Assembly: GCA_030141605.1 (NCBI GenBank)
Contig: JAQGDQ010000164.1
Span: forward strand, 310,001-374,000
DNA length: 64,000 nt
Origin: Tubiluchus corallicola
Taxonomy: Eukaryota; Animalia; Priapulida
Direction: 5' to 3'
Positions 58,901 to 64,000 of this stretch are shown here, one piece after another. The notes under the pieces are model-generated. The model did no database searches and was not told where the DNA came from. It saw nothing but the letters and a program-made list of their open reading frames with translations. Made by a program: the position numbers and the translations under genes. Position 1 is the stretch's first letter. The number at the start of each line of letters is the position of its first letter.

Positions 58901-61900
58901 CTATAACTGTAGAAAACTTTGTAGAAATGGAAGAGATAGCTTCTTCATTTGTTGAGCAATGATACCAGTTGGTCGCATATAAAATGTTATAACAAATTCC
59001 TTGTAAGCCGAGTCATTTTTTTATACAGTTTGGCGTGTTGCAAACTGGGATCATGCACTTAATGACATGGTCTGCTCAGTGTTGCTGTTTGTGGCAGGAC
59101 CAGAACTCATCAAGGAAAATCCGTTACGAGCAAACACTGAACTGACTTGATATATATTGTCCTCTAAACAAATTGAATATTTATATAGCGTGGCAGTTGA
59201 GACACCTCAAAACAGTACTGAACCCATCGGTCATGTGTCCATTCACTAGCCAGGTTCGCATTGATTAACTTCATACACTCGTAGTCATTTGGTTAAAAAT
59301 ATATGAATGTCTTTATTAAAAATATTAAAAGCGTTTTACTTTGAAAACGACATCAGGACTAGAAGTTAATAAGTATATTGCACTGGCAGTCGTTTTTAAA
59401 TTGAAATGTAATCATGATTTTGTTTTAAATAATCAGTTTTAATACTCTAAATAAGGACGATTCACTAAAGTGGCTTTTACATCTTTGGCAGGTAAGAAAT
59501 TTGGACTGCGCCTTGAAGAAGCCATTTACGGAGCAGATTTGCATGGAGTTCGGCAGATGATTATCTTTGGCTTGAAGGGAATGGCGACTTATGCCAGACA
59601 TGCAGCTTTGCTGGGACAAGAGTCACGAGACATTTCTGCATTTGTATTTGAGGTAACTATTTGCAAAAGGTTGCATTTCATTTTATGTGGGTGGTGTGCT
59701 ATGGTGTGGGTGGCAATACATATATATATATATATATATATATGCAAGTAAAATCAATAATATAAATTAAATGAAAGATTGTGTAAAATATTAAAGATGA
59801 TTTGCTTTGCCAATGTATGACTGTTTGACTATTTCCATATTAACACTTGTTTTCCATGTCTACACTGGTTTCAATATCAACACTAGTGTTGTTGTATGGC
59901 GTAGGAGGTGTGGTGCGGTGTGGATGGTGTGTTATGATTGGTGCAGTGGGTTAGTGTGGATGGTGTGTTGTGAGTGGGGCGTGGGTGGTTGTGTGTTGTG
60001 AGTTTATGCACAAAATTCTTTTTGCAGGTTGGCCAGTTATTAATTGATTACACACACTAATCACATCATCAGATCTCATAAAAGTAATCGTATTTGATCT
60101 GGTCATTTAGCTTCTTCCTTTGCTCTCACACAGAAATGGCTGTTTTGCTGAAAGATCTTTGTAAAAGTTCGTAAAATTTCAAGACTACCAGCTGCTGATG
60201 ATGTACGGTTAAACCAACTTGGTTCCGTGCCATTCAGTATCGATCAGCAGGATTAAAGATTTTCAGTTTAAGATTTTGTTCACAGCAGTTGCATCATTGC
60301 TATTGCTGTATTTAAGGAACTAAAGTTACAAAGCATAGTAGTACTGAATAACTGTGATTTAAATTGTAACTGATATTGCATGCAGAGGAAAATAATTACG
60401 TGGATATTTCAATATAAATATATCGAATAGATCAATATGTTGGTAAAACAGCCTGGCGTGTTTTTTCTGAAAAGTCATTTTATAAGTTTGATTCTCTGGC
60501 AGTATCGTACCAAAAAAAAACTTCAAAAATGTCAATCCTATTGAGCATAATCCATCTAAACTGCTACTGATCCTTCATATCAATTCAGCACATCAGTAAA
60601 AGTAGTGTGAGTATAGAAACTGCCAGCAGTATATGATAACTATTCCGTAAGTTAACATTACGAATGAACATTTGTTTAGCTCATGCTTTACGAACAGCTG
60701 TCAATAATCAGACAGGCAGCCATCTTTTCCATTCATGGTACTCCCCAGTGAAGAACTTTATAATGAGTTGAATGATTTCTACCGATTTTTGTGAAAAACA
60801 TTTAGGCAGTCGATTTCTTAGAAACTAGTGCAGAATCTGACAGGACCAATTTGGCCACGAACCTGGGATTGGCTTTGCGGGTTGGTGAAGTAAATTTGAA
60901 AGGCATGGAACTGCTGGACAAGGGTCATCGTGACCAGTTTGGAACTCCATCTCCCCACGAGGTCTCAACAGCTCCTGTGCCTGGAAAGGTATAATTTGAA
61001 ATTTCTGTCATTGGTTCCTGATCTTTGTCTTTTACTTCTTGTTTTAATTGAAAACTTGATTGCATGATATAATAACTGCAAGAATTAGTAAGGAGATCAA
61101 TGGTTGGGGTAACTTCCTGCATTTCTGATGAAGATATGTGGTCTCAAGCTATTTTTATCAATATTTATGATTCAAAGTGAATTAAATTTTTGAAAATTTT
61201 ACAAAATCCCGAAAATTTTACAAGATTTTTCAGAAGAATGGTATCTGCAAGCACACTGCAAACTAGAATCTAACACTCAATGGTAAGGTCTACGCAAAGC
61301 TGATATTTGTGGCAAAACAGGATCCTGGCTCAATATAAAGGCTAACATTCTAAGATGAGGCACTAAAATATGACATGAAAGACATATTTCTATTCAACTA
61401 GGACTACAAAACTAATTTACATAGTGAGAGACTGGTGAATGACTGGTGAACACTAGTCTCTCACTACGTAAATTAGTTTTGTAGTCCTAGTTGAATAGAA
61501 ATATGTCTTTTATGTCATATTTTAGTGCCTCATCTTAGAATGTTAGCCTTTATATTTAGCCAGGATCCTGTTTTGCCACAAATATCAGCTTTGCGTAGAC
61601 CTTACCATTGAGTGTTGGATTCTAGTTTGCAGTGTGCTTGCACTAAACTCCACAAAAAGGATTATTTTGTTTCTTTGAAGGAAGTTAACAGCCAAGCGTT
61701 AAACGTATTCATAGTACTATCACTACCTATTACTGTGCATTCAGATTAGTGAGTTTCTGATACGAGTTTCCTCCGTGACAGCAATCTCACACGTGTGAAC
61801 TGCTTTGTGAGTTACTGTTGGCAAGTTATTGCAAATTCTGTAACAGGTGCTGCGAGTTGATTTCCTACAAGCTAGTATGAATGCCTTGTCGAGTTAACTC

Positions 61901-63330
61901 TCGACACTTCGGAGATTAACTCGCAGCAAGATTTGTTCTCTAGTCTGATCACGCTTGGAAATTACTTGGCGAGTGACTGAGCAAGTTCACAAGACCTGAA
62001 AACTCGCTAATCTGAACGTGCCATTAGACATGAATGTGCTCATGAAAAGTGATGCATTTTGTATCATGCGATATCTTCGAGAGTCACTTTCCTAGGAGCT
62101 GTACGTTTTAATAATAGCTCGATTATAATTCTTCTTTTCCTTTATCGTTTAAGGCGATCCTTGTGTCTGGCCATGATCTTGTTGATCTTTTGGCTGTACT
62201 GAAAGCTACTGAGAAAACTGGTATCAATGTTTATACACACGGAGAGATGCTGCCAGCTCACGGATATCCCAAATTGCGCAAATATAAGGTAAATTCATTA
62301 AGGTTAGTCTAGGCTGATGTGGTCGCATGACCAAGATAGCAAAAGTTGTTGCCTTTTGTGATCTAGATATTGTAGTATGAAAATCTGTCATCACGGTATT
62401 ATGTTAGACATGTTATGGATTGACGGTGCTGTTATAGAAATTTCATTGCTTCTTACTTGAGAATGTCATATTTGTTACATTGTTAGAATACAATTGTTTT
62501 TTTTTATATATCATATTATTTTCAATAAAAGAAGCAAAAAACAAAATGGTTTATTCAAAAATTTGAATTGCATAGAATACAGTTTGTCTATACATTCAGA
62601 GCGCTGAGTTCAAATTAGCTCAAGTTTTTGCAAATTCCATTCCTTGAGTTTAATTTGGCTAAAGAATTTGATGATTTGTCGCTAATCACTGCAATCTCTC
62701 AGAATCTGGTGGGACATTTTGGAGGAGCTTGGATGCTGCAGAAATTTGAGTTTCCGAGATTTCCCGGTCCGATCGTCGTGACAACAAACTGCATCATTGA
62801 ACCACATCACTCGTACAAGGACAGACTTTTCACCCTAAACGATGTCGGGTGGTCAGGTAATTTCATTAATTAAATTGTTCATGACAAATATTTATCTTAT
62901 AAATTGTGATTACCATCCTTTACAAAATGTCGGAGCTGTTAACTTCTCTTCATAAACATTTGGACAACACCTGCACGAGTAACAACAGCAAAATGGAAAA
63001 AGTTGTGTACTGTAAAAGGTTCATTATCGTGACCTAAGAATTACACGCAAATTTTGTTGTTGTTTGCTGACATAATTTGTGTTAATGTTACATAACCTTG
63101 TTTTGTTACATATCCATATAAAATTGAAATTGTCACTTGATGAGAATTCCCCATTTGTTAAAGGCTGTAAACACTTGGATTTATCACGTGACGATCACAT
63201 GGCAGACCTGCTGTCCTCTGCTATGAGCTGCGAAGGCTATACTCGGGAGTTTTGTGATTCCTACAAAGACAGAGACGGGAAGTTGACTGTAGGATTTGGG
63301 CACGACTTCCTGCTTGCTAATGCCGGAAAG
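55980..63330 (+). CDS. hcp: Hybrid cluster protein (HCP, prismane protein, hydroxylamine/NO reductase) with N-terminal mitochondrial-type presequence; 3' exons lie beyond the window
   Basis: Exons 55980-56163, 57061-57268, 58278-58383, 58733-58820, 59492-59652, 60806-60988, 62154-62288, 62703-62856, 63164-63330; all GT-AG, total 1386 nt = 462 codons without a stop. Motifs [101 protein letters not shown]. Confidence 0.95.
57880..57962. repeat. Degenerate 10-bp tandem repeat (AAATTATTCY)
   Basis: About 7-8 imperfect units visible in HCP intron 2. Confidence 0.75.
61246..61642. repeat. Long near-perfect palindrome (foldback): two 192-bp arms, 13-nt loop
   Basis: Left arm 61246-61437 is the reverse complement of right arm 61451-61642, with 5 mismatches by manual comparison. 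The centre contains the direct repeat GACTGGTGAA-T-GACTGGTGAA. Confidence 0.95.
61734..62022. mobile_element. MITE with GGCAC(A/G)TTCAGA-type termini (possibly PIF/Harbinger-like); related end at about 63927
   Basis: Left TTCAGATTAGTGAGTTT versus right AAACTCGCTAATCTGAA-CGTGCC. A similar terminus GGCACATTCAGACTATCAAGTTTC occurs near the window end. Confidence 0.55.
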
Positions 63331-64000
63331 GTATGCATGTCTCAAAATGTTGTTGATTGTAGACACTGTTTTTAAAAAGGAAATTAGAAAATGAAGCATA
63401 TCACTACAGTATTTTTACAACTTTTTACCTTCATGAGTTTATGCAAAAAAGGTAAATATCCACCATTGTGAATGCCTGCAGTCAACTGGTCCAATTTCTG
63501 GTATTAAATTAGAGCGTGTTTTATAGATATTTGCTTATTTTGTGATTTTAATAAAGTTTGCTTTTAGAAATAATAGTGAAATGTGCTTCATATCATATCA
63601 CTATTGCTGGGTACTCACACCCACTTGTTGTTTTGTTTTAATCCCAAGTAATTATATTGGTGAATTAATATAATTTTGACTGTAATCTTACTCTTGAAGC
63701 AACAGGGACAGATTACATATTGTTTGTGCACACCCTTAAAGTAATTTTCGAGGAGGCCAAGCATTCAGGGTATTTTCATTTATGTTTTAAATCTCACATT
63801 TTGCTGTAACGGTTTGATCTGTAAAATAGATTATGTATTACACTTGCATCATTTTTTTGCTTTAATGTTCTAGTTTATTGTGTTTATTGTGACATGTCAT
63901 AATTGTCGAAAACACTACACAGTTACGGCACATTCAGACTATCAAGTTTCCTCTAGCGAATTCTCTCTGAGAGTAAACACGCAAGTGTGAACGGCTTTGC

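Noticed and set aside
59486-59500. Recursive-splice-like CAG|GTAAGA at the start of HCP exon 5
   Set aside because: Explained by a phase-1 intron splitting a GGT Gly codon followed by Lys. Similar AG|GT starts occur in several SLC23 exons, so there is no special signal without RNA data.
55980-63330. HCP as bacterial contamination
   Set aside because: It is split by spliceosomal GT-AG introns, one of which contains a repeat also found near position 430-600 in a RUVBL1 intron, and it has a presequence exon.

Overview
AT-rich, intron-rich eukaryotic DNA, most likely from an invertebrate animal (inferred from a class A GPCR, SLC23 genes, GT-AG introns, TTAGGG-like repeats and animal-type LINEs/MITEs; the species cannot be determined). 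Gene order: (1) 5' part of RUVBL1/pontin on the minus strand, continuing off the left edge; (2) head-to-head with it, an ecdysoneless (ECD) gene with an intronless CDS; (3-4) two tandem 12-exon SLC23/nucleobase-ascorbate transporter paralogues with non-canonical substrate-site residues; (5) an intronless rhodopsin-family GPCR nested antisense in intron 3 of the second paralogue; (6) a spliced hybrid cluster protein gene (HCP/prismane, 'hydroxylamine reductase'), continuing off the right edge. The HCP is the standout. This Fe-S-O enzyme is typical of anaerobic prokaryotes and microbial eukaryotes, yet here it has at least 9 coding exons and a separate exon for a mitochondrial-type presequence, which suggests a domesticated mitochondrial NO/hydroxylamine-handling enzyme in an animal. 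Also notable: RUVBL1 and ECD, known physical partners in mammals, share a divergent promoter region; a 34-bp motif is shared upstream of ECD and both SLC23 genes; and an HCP intron holds a near-perfect 397-bp palindrome. Exon coordinates were derived by hand from GT-AG boundaries and reading-frame continuity. No database searches were run.
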